A DNA stretch of 64,000 nucleotides from a virus (IMGVR_UViG_2939786809_000002:3141-67140); one strand, 5' to 3'. Shown: positions 54,472 through 63,720, numbered from the stretch's first letter. Translations and numbers: made by a program. The notes: a model not told the origin generated them from the sequence alone.

Positions 54472-55476
54472 ATGGCCGAGTTCAGTGCGCCGTTCGACAC
54501 CTCCCCGATCGCCACCCAGTCTCAGTGGTCACGCATGGCCCGCCGGTGGGGACTCGACGGCGTCCACGCCTCCGACGCCGCCAGTACCAGCCTGAAGGTC
54601 ACCGGGAACGGCACCGGCAACGTCGTCCTGCAGCCCGGGGAGGCGTTCGTCAACGGCTTCTACTACCTCAACGACGCCGTGAAGAACATCCCGGTCACTG
54701 CGAACGCCGGCTCCACCACGAGGGTCGACACCGTCATCCTCCGCGCCTCCATGAGCGCCAAGTCCGTCGTCTCCGCCTACAAAACCGGGGGCAGCAGCGC
54801 CCCGGCCCTCACCTCGGACGAGAACGGCATCTACGAAATCCCGCTCGCCCAGTGCACCGTCGCGGCAGGGTCCTCCGTTGTTACCGCCGTCAACGTCGTC
54901 GACTGCCGCTGGTTCACGGACCGCGGTGTCATGCCCAGCATCCCGGGAGCGCGACGGCCCAGCATTCGAGGTCAGCTCCTCGTCGAGGGCACCACCCTGT
55001 ACGTCGGTGACGGGGCCGCTTGGTTGTGGCTCGGGTCTGCAGGCCAGGACGACACCACGTACACCCCGGCATGGACCGCGGGGTCTACCGCCATCAGCTG
55101 GGGAGCCGGATCCCAGAATGTGGGCCGGTTCCAGGTGCGCGGGAAGCGCGTCGACGTGACGATCCAACTGTCCCCGACGGGCAACCCGGGGAACATCAAC
55201 TCGCCGCTGATGGTGACGCTCCCGCCCGGGTACCCGGCCACGCCTGCCATGCGATCCATCTTCACGTGGACGTACACGTCGACCGGGTCTCAGGGGTCCG
55301 GCCTGGGCTCCGGCATCGTTTTCCCGGACCAGTCGGCTACGAAGATCGGCGCCCTGCGGTACGCGCTGCCATCCGGGACCACATCCTCCAGCACCCACAC
55401 GATCACCAACGGCATTCCGTGGGACATCCAGGACGGATCAGTCCTCACCATCGACGGCTCCTACTGGCTCGCCTAA
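54472..55476 (+). CDS. minor tail protein
   Basis: VVLQPGEAFVNGFYY...RVDTVILR...YEIPLAQ; variable C-terminus. Confidence 0.75.
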   Translation: MAEFSAPFDTSPIATQSQWSRMARRWGLDGVHASDAASTSLKVTGNGTGNVVLQPGEAFVNGFYYLNDAVKNIPVTANAGSTTRVDTVILRASMSAKSVVSAYKTGGSSAPALTSDENGIYEIPLAQCTVAAGSSVVTAVNVVDCRWFTDRGVMPSIPGARRPSIRGQLLVEGTTLYVGDGAAWLWLGSAGQDDTTYTPAWTAGSTAISWGAGSQNVGRFQVRGKRVDVTIQLSPTGNPGNINSPLMVTLPPGYPATPAMRSIFTWTYTSTGSQGSGLGSGIVFPDQSATKIGALRYALPSGTTSSSTHTITNGIPWDIQDGSVLTIDGSYWLA

Positions 55477-55494
55477 TCCCCGAAAGGAATCACC

Positions 55495-57270
55495 ATGCGT
55501 CACCTCTTCGGGGGCACCACCTCGGACTACGCCATGCAGCAGGTCGGGAACCAGCTCCTGCTCCGCCCCGGTGCGATCGGCCAGGTATGGAACGCGATCG
55601 TTGGCGGTGTGCAGCTCACCGACCTGACCGACACCACCGGAGTGCCGATCACCAGCGTGATCGCCGCCTCCGACGGGGCCGTGGCCTTCTATGGCCCAGA
55701 GGACGTCACCGAATGCTTCATTGACTTCGGGTTCGGCCGCCGGTACACCCTGATCGCCTCCGACATTGCCAGCACAGTCTCCGCACGCCTCGACGGCCTG
55801 GTGGCTGCAGCTGCTGACGACGCCACGACGAAGGCCAACGCCGCGGGGGCTGGGGCTGTTGCCACGGCGGCGTCTTCGGCATCTGTCCTCTATCTCCCGA
55901 ACGCCATCACCACCGTGGACAGCATCATCAGCCCCGCGACTCCGGCGGCTCCTGTGTACTTCGCTCATCGGGGCGGCGGCATGGTGCGCCCGGAGCACAC
56001 GCTCGTCGGCTATCGGGCTGCCGCAGCCATGCGTTACCCGCTTGAAATCTCCGTCAACGTTGACGCGTCCGGCGAGCTGTGGTGTCTGCACGACGCCACG
56101 CTGGATCGGACGACGAACCGGACCGGGAACCTCAACGGGTACACCACGGAGGAGGTCGGGCAGCAGGTCCAGACGAACAGCCGGTCTCTGCTGGGCGCCG
56201 GCTGGGCGGAGCAGCGCCTGGTGCCGTTGAGGCAGGTGCTGGACGAGTTCCTGGGCAAGGTGCCGATCCTGCTGGAGCCGAAGGCCAACGACGCTGTGGT
56301 GCCGACGCAGCAACTGCTGGACGCCTCGTACCCGCACGCCCCGCGGTCTGTGATCTGGAAGGCGCACATCGGGACCCTGTCGCTGCCGTGGGCGAAGACG
56401 CGCGGCTACCGGACGTGGGTCTACCTGGACTCGGGCACCAGCGACGCGACGATGGACGCGAAGGACGCTGACGTCGACTACTGGGGTGTGAACACCACGT
56501 TCACCGACCTGCGGATCACCCAGGTCGTGGCCCGTGGCAAGCCCGTCTTTGCGTGGGCGGTGTACAGGCGCTCCCAGGTCGCCCGCCTCACGGGGCTGGG
56601 CGTGGTCGGCATGATGTCGTCCGACCCCCGGTACGTGTCGACCGCGGCCCCGATGCGGACGGCTTCTCGCTGGGATCTCCAGATCAAGGAACCGGGCTGC
56701 ACGCCGACGATTGACTACGACCCCGACTACGCCCTGGCGTTCGCCCCGACCCCGGACGTGGGCTGGGTGTCGGTGCCGGCGCTGCCATTCCAGTCGGTTG
56801 GGTTGGGCACGTATTGCCCGATCGCTGTTGGCGCAGGCGGTTACCGCATCAGCTTCGACATGAAGTTCAAGGTGCTGCCTGCGTCAACGCTGCACGGCGG
56901 GATCTACTTCGGGAAGCAGTCGGACGACGCGTACAGGTTCAGCCAGTCGAATGCGACGGGCGGGTATCACCTGGTGATGCGGGCGAACGGGCAGATGCAG
57001 CTGAACCGGCATACGGCTGGGGTGACGTCCGGGACAACGCTGGGCTCGGCAATCGCGACGACGGCCCCAGTGGCGGATGCGGCGATGAGTTTCCAGGTGG
57101 ATGTGACGCCGACGACGGTAGAGGTGCGGCGCACGGACGGGGTGGGTTGGACGACGGGTGCGTTGGCGGATACGACGTACCGGGGCGGGTACTTCGGGTT
57201 GTCGAACGGGTCGATCACGGATGTGGCGACTCGGCCGTACTGGCGGAACCTGGTGGTGACCCAGCTGTGA
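55495..57270 (+). CDS. tail fibre/spike with glycerophosphodiester phosphodiesterase (GDPD) domain
   Basis: Tail-adaptor N-terminus (RHLFGG); AHRGG...PEHTL...HDATLDRTT, EPK, D GDPD motifs; beta-sandwich-like C-terminus. Confidence 0.82.
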   Translation: MRHLFGGTTSDYAMQQVGNQLLLRPGAIGQVWNAIVGGVQLTDLTDTTGVPITSVIAASDGAVAFYGPEDVTECFIDFGFGRRYTLIASDIASTVSARLDGLVAAAADDATTKANAAGAGAVATAASSASVLYLPNAITTVDSIISPATPAAPVYFAHRGGGMVRPEHTLVGYRAAAAMRYPLEISVNVDASGELWCLHDATLDRTTNRTGNLNGYTTEEVGQQVQTNSRSLLGAGWAEQRLVPLRQVLDEFLGKVPILLEPKANDAVVPTQQLLDASYPHAPRSVIWKAHIGTLSLPWAKTRGYRTWVYLDSGTSDATMDAKDADVDYWGVNTTFTDLRITQVVARGKPVFAWAVYRRSQVARLTGLGVVGMMSSDPRYVSTAAPMRTASRWDLQIKEPGCTPTIDYDPDYALAFAPTPDVGWVSVPALPFQSVGLGTYCPIAVGAGGYRISFDMKFKVLPASTLHGGIYFGKQSDDAYRFSQSNATGGYHLVMRANGQMQLNRHTAGVTSGTTLGSAIATTAPVADAAMSFQVDVTPTTVEVRRTDGVGWTTGALADTTYRGGYFGLSNGSITDVATRPYWRNLVVTQL

Positions 57271-57274
57271 TGAC

Positions 57275-57335
57275 TTGCCTGGATCCCCGACTTTTCCGCC
57301 TGAGGAAAGTTGCGATCCAGGCAACTTTTCGAAAA
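57275..57335. terminator. bidirectional terminator between convergent tail and accessory operons
   Basis: TTGCCTGGATC (57275) / GATCCAGGCAA (57314) with an inner ACTTTTCC/GGAAAGT stem, then TTTTCGAAAA. Confidence 0.7.
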
Positions 57336-57382
57336 CGAGCCCCTCGACGGCGCCTATGGGGAGCGCCTCACGGAGCGGGTGG

Positions 57383-57814
57383 CTAGTCGATGTAGTCCCG
57401 CCAGTTCATGCCGCGGGGGAGCGTGCCCGGGTCTACTGGCGGGCTCTGCATAGTGATGGTGCCGTCGTCGTTGATGCTGGTGGCGGTTCCGTGGGCGAGG
57501 ATCTCCCCGTTCGTGCCGACAAGGATGACGTCCACGGGCGGCTGGAGGGCGTGGGGCTTCCCGGCGGCCGGGCACGGCTGTGTGGGTTCACCCCAGGGCG
57601 TCTTGTGCCCTTCGTCGCGCGCTTGGGCGCAGAGATCGAGGGATTGGGCGCCGGAGGCGAAGGACGGTTCTCTGTGGGGTTCGTCAGGGTCTCGGGCGAC
57701 GATCCAGTCGGGCCCGGCGGCTTCGATGCGGACGCAGTGGTAGTGGTCGCGGCCGAAGGCGCCGTAGGCGAAGCCGTGGATGATGTCCCCGACGGCTAGC
57801 GGGCGGGCTGTCAT
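57383..57814 (-). CDS. hypothetical protein
   Basis: MTARPLAVGDIIHGFAYGAFGRDHYHCVRIEA; ATGA-coupled. Confidence 0.7.
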   Translation of the reverse strand: MTARPLAVGDIIHGFAYGAFGRDHYHCVRIEAAGPDWIVARDPDEPHREPSFASGAQSLDLCAQARDEGHKTPWGEPTQPCPAAGKPHALQPPVDVILVGTNGEILAHGTATSINDDGTITMQSPPVDPGTLPRGMNWRDYID

Positions 57815-58230
57815 CGGTTCCTCGCGATCTCGCAGCGCCCGGTTTCGGTGTGCATCTCCGAGCACTCGGGGCCGCAGCTCGACTGCTTCCTGCGCCCGCT
57901 GTACCAGGGCAGGGCGAGCCCGTCGTTCGCGGCCCTGGGCACGAGGTGCAGGTGCAGGTGGAAGACGCTTTGGGTCGCCTCCGCACCCCGGCTGGTGATG
58001 AGATTCATGGGCCGGTCCGTCTGCTGCATGAGCTGGGCGGCGCGCCGCATCGTGCTGGCGGAGACGGTCGGGTCGCTCGCGAAGTCCGCGACGTGGGTCT
58101 TCGGGATGACGAGGGTGTGACCCTCGACGACGGGGTTGAGGGGGACGATCGCGATGGCGTCGGACCACTCGCGCACGAACTCGGCGGGTGCACGGCCTTC
58201 GTTGATCTCGCAGAACGGGCAGGTGGTCAC
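57811..58230 (-). CDS. HIT-family hydrolase
   Basis: CPFCEI...PLNPVVEGHTLVIPKTH...QSVFHLHLHLVPR histidine triad. Confidence 0.9.
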   Translation of the reverse strand: MTTCPFCEINEGRAPAEFVREWSDAIAIVPLNPVVEGHTLVIPKTHVADFASDPTVSASTMRRAAQLMQQTDRPMNLITSRGAEATQSVFHLHLHLVPRAANDGLALPWYSGRRKQSSCGPECSEMHTETGRCEIARNR

Positions 58231-58811
58231 GGGGCCTCCTGGCCGTCGAGCGCCTTGATGGTGTCGCAGGGGTGCACGGTGGGCGGGTTGTCGGTGCTGC
58301 CGTTGCCCCATGCGGAGCACTCGACGCAGATGGTGCGGCCCCGGTGCTCGACCGGGCGGTGTAGGTCGCGGACGCGCCGCACGGTGGCGTCCACCATGCC
58401 CTGGGCGAAGGGGGCGACCTTGCCCTCTGCGTCGATGATTCCGGTGCCGCGCAGCCGGGCGACAAGAGAGGCAAGTTCCCTGGCCGAGGCCTCCGCTATC
58501 TCAACCCGCTCGCGTAGCTCAATCTCGTCGCGGTCGAGGCCGTCTACGTACTCGCGCAGGTTGTGCTCGTCGATGGCGTGATCCACGAGGCTGAGGATGT
58601 ACTCGGCGTTGTTGATGTCCCGGTCGACGCAGCGGTTGGCCATGAAGCGGAGCAGCTTCAAGGCGGCAGCCGGGACGGTAGGCGGCTCGTCGTCACGCCG
58701 CTTCTGTTCGGCTTCCTGAAGGGCGGCGTCGATGAGTTCGTCGGCCCGCTCCTCAGTCATGTAGAGGTGGTTGTGGACCATCTCCCGGCGCAGCTCTTCG
58801 CGGGCGGTCAC
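58227..58811 (-). CDS. mosaic hypothetical protein
   Basis: Coupled; C-terminal RVRDLHRP...CVEC...PCDTIKAL. Confidence 0.7.
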   Translation of the reverse strand: MTAREELRREMVHNHLYMTEERADELIDAALQEAEQKRRDDEPPTVPAAALKLLRFMANRCVDRDINNAEYILSLVDHAIDEHNLREYVDGLDRDEIELRERVEIAEASARELASLVARLRGTGIIDAEGKVAPFAQGMVDATVRRVRDLHRPVEHRGRTICVECSAWGNGSTDNPPTVHPCDTIKALDGQEAP

Positions 58812-59197
58812 GGTGTCTCCCTGAGTTGAAGGTCGAGTTCGTCCCGCAGCCGCAGAAGTCGCTCCCACGGCCAGCACATGGTGTGCGCCTTCTTCACGGC
58901 CGCTTCGACGAGCGGGTCCGTGGTCTGGTAGCCGGCGGCAAGCACCCGCAGCCAGTCCCGGTCGACCCAACTCGTACCACTGTGGCAGCAGGGGAGCTTG
59001 GCCGGTTGGTGACGGGTGGTGGGGCAGCCGATTCGGACGAGCGGGGAGGAGAAGGCGCCAATGATGAGGTCGCAGTGGGGGTGTCCTTCGATCCCGGCCG
59101 CGACGGCTTCTTCGGCGCCTTCGGGGCGGTGCCAGTCCCGGTCGACGACGATGGCCGGGTCGTGGGACAGGCACAGGACACGGTAGGTGCTGCTCAC
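58808..59197 (-). CDS. Cys/His-rich hypothetical protein
   Basis: MSSTYRVLCLSHDPA...HPHCDL...GCP; coupled. Confidence 0.7.
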   Translation of the reverse strand: MSSTYRVLCLSHDPAIVVDRDWHRPEGAEEAVAAGIEGHPHCDLIIGAFSSPLVRIGCPTTRHQPAKLPCCHSGTSWVDRDWLRVLAAGYQTTDPLVEAAVKKAHTMCWPWERLLRLRDELDLQLRETP

Positions 59198-59216
59198 GGC
59201 GTCTCCTCGCGGTGGG

Positions 59217-59567
59217 TTAGCTGAAGTAGCGGGTGCGGAACTCGTGTCCGTCGCTGATGAACCAGTCGTCGCTGGCGCGGCGGTCATGGGGGTCGGGTTC
59301 GGCGTGGCTGCGGAGTTCCTTTTGGCTGTGGATGAGGTCCAGCAGGTCGGCGAGGGAGTGAACTCTCCCGCCCTCGTCGATGATCACGCCGCTCATAGCG
59401 AGCTTCATCCACTCGATGAAGCCATTCAGTGACCCCTAGCCGGGCTGAGCTTGGAAGCTGAAGCGCCAGCCCATGCCGCTCTTGCCGAGGTGGATGCGCT
59501 CGCTGGCTGAGCAGTGCTCGCAGGCCTCGGGGCAGGGTTCGGTCTGAACGTAGTAGTTGTTGCTCAC
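59217..59567 (-). pseudogene. phage gene interrupted by one in-frame amber stop
   Basis: MSNNYYV..C..C.HC...IHLGKSGMGWRFSFQAQPG-TAG(59436-59438)-GSLNGFIEWMKLAMSG... continues in the same frame to 59217. Confidence 0.7.
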
Positions 59568-59686
59568 GGGCTCCTCCTCGTACTGATCCACGGCGCTTTC
59601 CGCAGGGCCAGCCGCCCATCGGGCATCCGCTCCCACCAGTACGGCTTGCCGAACAGCCAGACGGTGCGCAGGGTTTCAGTCGTCAT
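59564..59686 (-). CDS. small hypothetical protein
   Basis: MTTETLRTVWLFGKPYWWERMPDG...; coupled. Confidence 0.55.
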   Translation of the reverse strand: MTTETLRTVWLFGKPYWWERMPDGRLALRKAPWISTRRSP

Positions 59687-59942
59687 CTGCTGCCGCCATG
59701 GCTCGCATGCGGGTCTGGACGAAGTCGAGGAGCCCCATGACCCGGTGGTGGGGAATTGCGCCACCACCGCTGGGGAGGAGGGTCCCGACCTGGGTGATGC
59801 CGTCGCCGTCCTCGTCGAAGCGTTGGGATGCGGCGATCACCACCCACTCGGTGAGGACACCTTGGTATCCCTCCAGGCGGCAGACTTCCTCGACTGCTGC
59901 TTCCAGCCGCTGGTAGGCGGCCTTCTCCTGGGCGTCAGGCAC
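59676..59942 (-). CDS. hypothetical protein
   Basis: RBS aggaga; AYQRLEAAVEEV...LTEWVVI. Confidence 0.7.
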   Translation of the reverse strand: MPDAQEKAAYQRLEAAVEEVCRLEGYQGVLTEWVVIAASQRFDEDGDGITQVGTLLPSGGGAIPHHRVMGLLDFVQTRMRAMAAADDD

Positions 59943-60435
59943 GGTTGGTCTCCTCGGTGTTGACCCCCGAAACTTTGCGCACCGACGCCAGGTATCTGGC
60001 GACGGCGCCCCCCAGCGCGTCCGTGTCGGCAAGCATTTGGTGGGTGTGGATGATGTGAGCCAGCTCGGGCCAGCGAGGGAGGCGCGAGTACCCTCTGCCC
60101 AGCTCGACGCGCTCACGTCGAACCCCACGGAGCTGATCCGGACGGGACACGTGACGCACCTTCGGGTCGCGCGGTCGCCGCTGGTTGTTCCGGCACCACG
60201 CCTCGAAGTCCCGGACTGTTTCTGCGATCACGTGCACGGGGCGGAGGTCTGGGTCCATCTGCTCTGCGAGCCGACTGAGCATGGCGGCTCTTTCCGGTGC
60301 TGCTGTGCCCGCTTGGTCTCGGCAGTCGCGGGCTAGATCGCGGCAGAAGGGGATTGCGAACCGGTATGCCTCGGCTGCGCCGTCCTGGCGTATCAGCCGT
60401 TCCGTGAACGCCTCGAACGTCGTCTCAAACGCCAC
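59935..60435 (-). CDS. hypothetical protein
   Basis: MAFETTFEAFTERLIRQ...; overlaps neighbours. Confidence 0.6.
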   Translation of the reverse strand: MAFETTFEAFTERLIRQDGAAEAYRFAIPFCRDLARDCRDQAGTAAPERAAMLSRLAEQMDPDLRPVHVIAETVRDFEAWCRNNQRRPRDPKVRHVSRPDQLRGVRRERVELGRGYSRLPRWPELAHIIHTHQMLADTDALGGAVARYLASVRKVSGVNTEETNRA

Positions 60436-60823
60436 GGACGACCTCCACGTCGGCGTTGTCTTCGTCGTCGAGTCCGTAGCCCTCGGCGAGGGCGAGGATG
60501 GTGGGGCAGTTCCCGCGCCCTTCGGTGTCCGTGCCGCCGTACTCGTCTGCGGTGACGTGGCAGGTGATGCACCCGAAGTCGGCGCCCTTGGTCCGGTAGA
60601 TGGGGCTGACAACCTCGTTGGTGTACGGGTGCGCTTCGAGGATCTTGCGGTGGGCGGCACACCACCGGTCCTCTACCGACCCGATCTCGGCTGCCGCCTG
60701 CGCCTTGTCGAGGAGGCCGCCGATCCAGTCGTGGAGGCCGGGCGTGACGTCGAACGCCACCAAGTCGTAGTTGGCATCGGGGTCGCGCCGGAGGTCGGCC
60801 AGGCTCAGCTTCTCCACTCTCAT
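60425..60823 (-). CDS. hypothetical phage protein
   Basis: HRKILEAH...C..C...C.TILALAEGYG. Confidence 0.7.
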   Translation of the reverse strand: MRVEKLSLADLRRDPDANYDLVAFDVTPGLHDWIGGLLDKAQAAAEIGSVEDRWCAAHRKILEAHPYTNEVVSPIYRTKGADFGCITCHVTADEYGGTDTEGRGNCPTILALAEGYGLDDEDNADVEVVRGV

Positions 60824-60975
60824 GTCCCACCTCCGATGTTGGCGACGATGACGGCTTTCGTCAGGTCCAGGGCTTGCTGTTCGGTGAACCCGGCGTCGAC
60901 GTAGGCCTGGTACATCTCGTGGAGTTGGGCGGATGCGGCAGCAAGCTCGGTCATGGGGTCGGTTGGCTCAGGCAT
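60820..60975 (-). CDS. small hypothetical protein
   Basis: Not in the ORF track; MPEPTDPMTELAAASAQLHEMYQAYVDAGFTEQQALDL...; coupled. Confidence 0.65.
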   Translation of the reverse strand: MPEPTDPMTELAAASAQLHEMYQAYVDAGFTEQQALDLTKAVIVANIGGGT

Positions 60976-61579
60976 CGGGGCGCTCCTCGCGGAGTACGGC
61001 CAGTACTGCTGTGGCTACGTGCCCGCCCATGTCGCCGGGGAGATCCTGGTTCAGCACGGTGCGCACGGCGGTAGCGACGCGGGCATGGGTGGGGTCGCCG
61101 TCCTCGTCGAGGGCGGCGTCGATGATGTCGGCTACGGGATCCCAGGTGCACGTGGTGGCACGGATGTAGGCAGAGGCGTCGCGTACCCGCCGGAGGGTGG
61201 CTTCGGCCTGCTCGGCGCGGGCCACGGCCTGGGCGCGCTCGAACTCGGGCAGGTTCGCCGTCGTGGGGGTGGTCACGTCCATGTGGATGCGCGCCGTGGC
61301 GACCACGGGCGGCTCGGATGCTGGCGGGGCGAAGGTCTCTATCTCGCCCATCGCCCGGAGAACCTCCAGAACGGCCAGGACGTGGTGCACGGGCACCCCA
61401 GGGCGGGCCTGGTGGATGCGCCTCGCTGTGGCGACGTCGGCCGCATGGTCATCGGCGAGTTCCTGGGGCGTGGGGCGCGCGCCCGCGATGACGGCGAGCT
61501 GATCCCGCAGGCGAGAGAGGGCCCGCTCCAGTGCCACGACGTCGGACGGCGGGGCGGAGGGGCGTTGAGCGTCAGGCAT
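60968..61579 (-). CDS. hypothetical protein
   Basis: RBS ggagg; RAEQAEATLRRVR coiled segment. Confidence 0.7.
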   Translation of the reverse strand: MPDAQRPSAPPSDVVALERALSRLRDQLAVIAGARPTPQELADDHAADVATARRIHQARPGVPVHHVLAVLEVLRAMGEIETFAPPASEPPVVATARIHMDVTTPTTANLPEFERAQAVARAEQAEATLRRVRDASAYIRATTCTWDPVADIIDAALDEDGDPTHARVATAVRTVLNQDLPGDMGGHVATAVLAVLREERPDA

Positions 61580-61985
61580 CGGGGCCCTCCTCCGTGATCA
61601 GCCGTATGCCGAGGATGCGGGCTGTCGGGGCGAGGAACGTCTGCACGCCGCGCAGGTAGAACGCAGTCCAGGTTTCGCCAGTGTCGACCGTGCCTGCATT
61701 GACCGAGTGCGTGAGGCCGCCGTCCACGGTCACCTCGTACACCGGGTCGCGCTCCTCGATGGTGTCCTCCGCCTCAGGGTCGTTCGACAGCATCCGCTCG
61801 GGGGTCACACCGAAGACCTCGGCGAACTGGGCGAGGTCGTTGACGGTGACCCGTCGCCGCCCAACTTCCAGCCCCCAGATGCGGTTCTCGGAGGCGCCCG
61901 AGTTGGCAGCCAGCTCGGCTTGTGTCCAGCCGCGTCGGGTGCGGAGCAGCTTCAGGTTCGCAGCCACCCGCTCAGCGGGAGTCAC
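61572..61985 (-). CDS. XRE-family HTH regulator
   Basis: NLKLLRTRRGWTQAELA...IWGLEVGRRRVTVNDL...FGVTP. Confidence 0.85.
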   Translation of the reverse strand: MTPAERVAANLKLLRTRRGWTQAELAANSGASENRIWGLEVGRRRVTVNDLAQFAEVFGVTPERMLSNDPEAEDTIEERDPVYEVTVDGGLTHSVNAGTVDTGETWTAFYLRGVQTFLAPTARILGIRLITEEGPDA

Positions 61986-62536
61986 GACGCGCCCCTCCAT
62001 GCCTGCCGGGCGAGCCAGCGACGCACGGTCTGATTGTGGCGGGCGTCCGCCAGCGCGTTGTGCTCGCCGGACTCCTGCTTCGGCAGGTCGTCCCAGTTGA
62101 ACCCGAGGCGCCGAGCTTCCTGCTGAATGTCGTGGGTGAACATGGGCACCCCCTCCGGCAGGGCGATCATCGGCCCCCAGAGCTGGGCGAGCGCCACGTG
62201 GTCGTAGGCCCCGTAGTTCGCCCACAGCTCCACGTCGTCGGTGGCCTGTATGAACGCGGCCACCTCGGCGGCGATGGTCTTACGGGTCTTCACGCGCGGA
62301 TCGCCGTAGTGGAACAGCCAGCGCTTCGACATGCTGTTCCGCAGGTCGCCGTGCCCTCTGGGCAGGTGCGGGACGACGTTCTCCATGAGCCACGCGTGCT
62401 TCCGGATTCGCCGCACAGGCATGTCCCGGTTTGCCGCGTAGTACTCCCGGCCGTCGTCGCAGACCATGCCGATGGAGATCAGCTCGATGGTGCGGCCGTC
62501 TTCCAGGAACTCAAGGTCGTAGTCGATAGCGGTCAT
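61982..62536 (-). CDS. DEDD 3'-5' exoribonuclease (RNase AS/Rv2179c-like)
   Basis: YDLEFLEDG.TIELISIG, WANYGAYDHV, HNALADA. Confidence 0.88.
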   Translation of the reverse strand: MTAIDYDLEFLEDGRTIELISIGMVCDDGREYYAANRDMPVRRIRKHAWLMENVVPHLPRGHGDLRNSMSKRWLFHYGDPRVKTRKTIAAEVAAFIQATDDVELWANYGAYDHVALAQLWGPMIALPEGVPMFTHDIQQEARRLGFNWDDLPKQESGEHNALADARHNQTVRRWLARQAWRGAS

Positions 62537-62652
62537 GTCCGCCTCCGGTGCGGGTGGGTGCGGGTTGGGGTGGCTGGCCTAGACCCGCACGGCCAGGCCA
62601 GCCACCAGAGGTCGCCTCGCGGCAACGACCTAGGTGCACCATAACCCCTGAG

Positions 62653-62699
62653 CCTTGGAATCGTAGGCATATGCGAATAGAAAGCCTATGATTCAAAGG
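62653..62699. promoter_or_regulatory. divergent control region with paired 15-bp operator-like palindromes
   Basis: CCTTGGAATCGTAGG (62653) and CCTATGATTCAAAGG (62685); the same motif occurs at 40474/40505. Confidence 0.62.
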
Positions 62700-62746
62700 T
62701 CAACGGTCGATGCGGGCCAGCACCCCGCCACCCCGCAGGAGACACC

Positions 62747-63700
62747 ATGGCCACACCACTCACAGCAGACCGGCTCCTCAAAGCCCTCCGTGACGAAGGC
62801 CTCCACGTCATCGAGCACCGCAACTGGCGCACGAACAACCGCAACCACAAAGGCCCCTGGGGCCCGACGCACGGCGTGATGATCCACCACACCGTCACCA
62901 GCGGCACCGCCAACAGCGTCGAGCTCTGCTACAACGGCCACAGCACACTCCCCGGGCCCCTCTGCCACGGCGTCATCGACAAGACCGGTGCCGTGCACCT
63001 GGTGTCCGCCGGGCGAGCCAACCACGCAGGCCTGGGCGACGACGATGTGCTGCGCGCCGTCATGTCCGAGCAGGAGCTCCCGCCGGACAACGAGGCCAAC
63101 ACCGACGGCAACCGCGCCTTCTACGGCTTCGAGGCCGTGAACCTCGGGGACGGAAAGGATCCATGGCCGCCCGCGCAGCTGCTCGCGATCGAGCGGGCGG
63201 CGGCAGCCATCTGCCGGGCGCATGGCTGGTCCGTGCGATCCGTACTCCGACACCTCGACTGGCAGCCCGGAAAGATCGACCCCCGAGGCGTCGACTGGAC
63301 CGCCATGCAAGCCCGCATCGCTAAGCGCCTGACCCCGGATCCGGCCCCGACCAAGCCGCCCGCCACGAAGCCCCCCACCCCGGCCAAGCCCAACCCGCCG
63401 AAGGCGCCGGTCGTCGACCTCTCAAAGCTCATCGCCGCCGCCCGCTCCAACCCGAAGGTCAAGGGCACTCCCGTCACCTACGCCGGGGTCCGCATCGTCG
63501 AAACCGCCCTCGTCGACGCCGGCCTGCTGGCCAAGCCCCTTTCTGACGGGCACTACGGCACCAGCACCGTCACCGCCTACTCCCGCTGGCAGAAGTCCAA
63601 GGCCGGCGGCAGCTACACCGGGAAGGCCGCCGACGGCATCCCCGGCAAGGACTCCCTCACCCGGCTCGGCAAACGTGCCGGGTTCACCGTCACCCCCTGA
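62747..63700 (+). CDS. endolysin, N-acetylmuramoyl-L-alanine amidase plus peptidoglycan-binding domain
   Basis: VMIHHT, CH, NH, GFE, RH..W...KIDP; Pro linker; DGHYG...DGIPG. Confidence 0.9.
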   Translation: MATPLTADRLLKALRDEGLHVIEHRNWRTNNRNHKGPWGPTHGVMIHHTVTSGTANSVELCYNGHSTLPGPLCHGVIDKTGAVHLVSAGRANHAGLGDDDVLRAVMSEQELPPDNEANTDGNRAFYGFEAVNLGDGKDPWPPAQLLAIERAAAAICRAHGWSVRSVLRHLDWQPGKIDPRGVDWTAMQARIAKRLTPDPAPTKPPATKPPTPAKPNPPKAPVVDLSKLIAAARSNPKVKGTPVTYAGVRIVETALVDAGLLAKPLSDGHYGTSTVTAYSRWQKSKAGGSYTGKAADGIPGKDSLTRLGKRAGFTVTP

Positions 63701-63720
63701 CCTCACCGAAGGAATCCACC

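Noticed and set aside
795-60660. Many long antisense or alternative-frame ORFs in the track (e.g. 795-2216, 3781-5298, 26943-29210, 41363-42748)
   Set aside because: They are shadows of real genes in high-GC DNA, where stops are rare; they lack an RBS, motifs and coupling, and overlap well-supported genes on the opposite strand.
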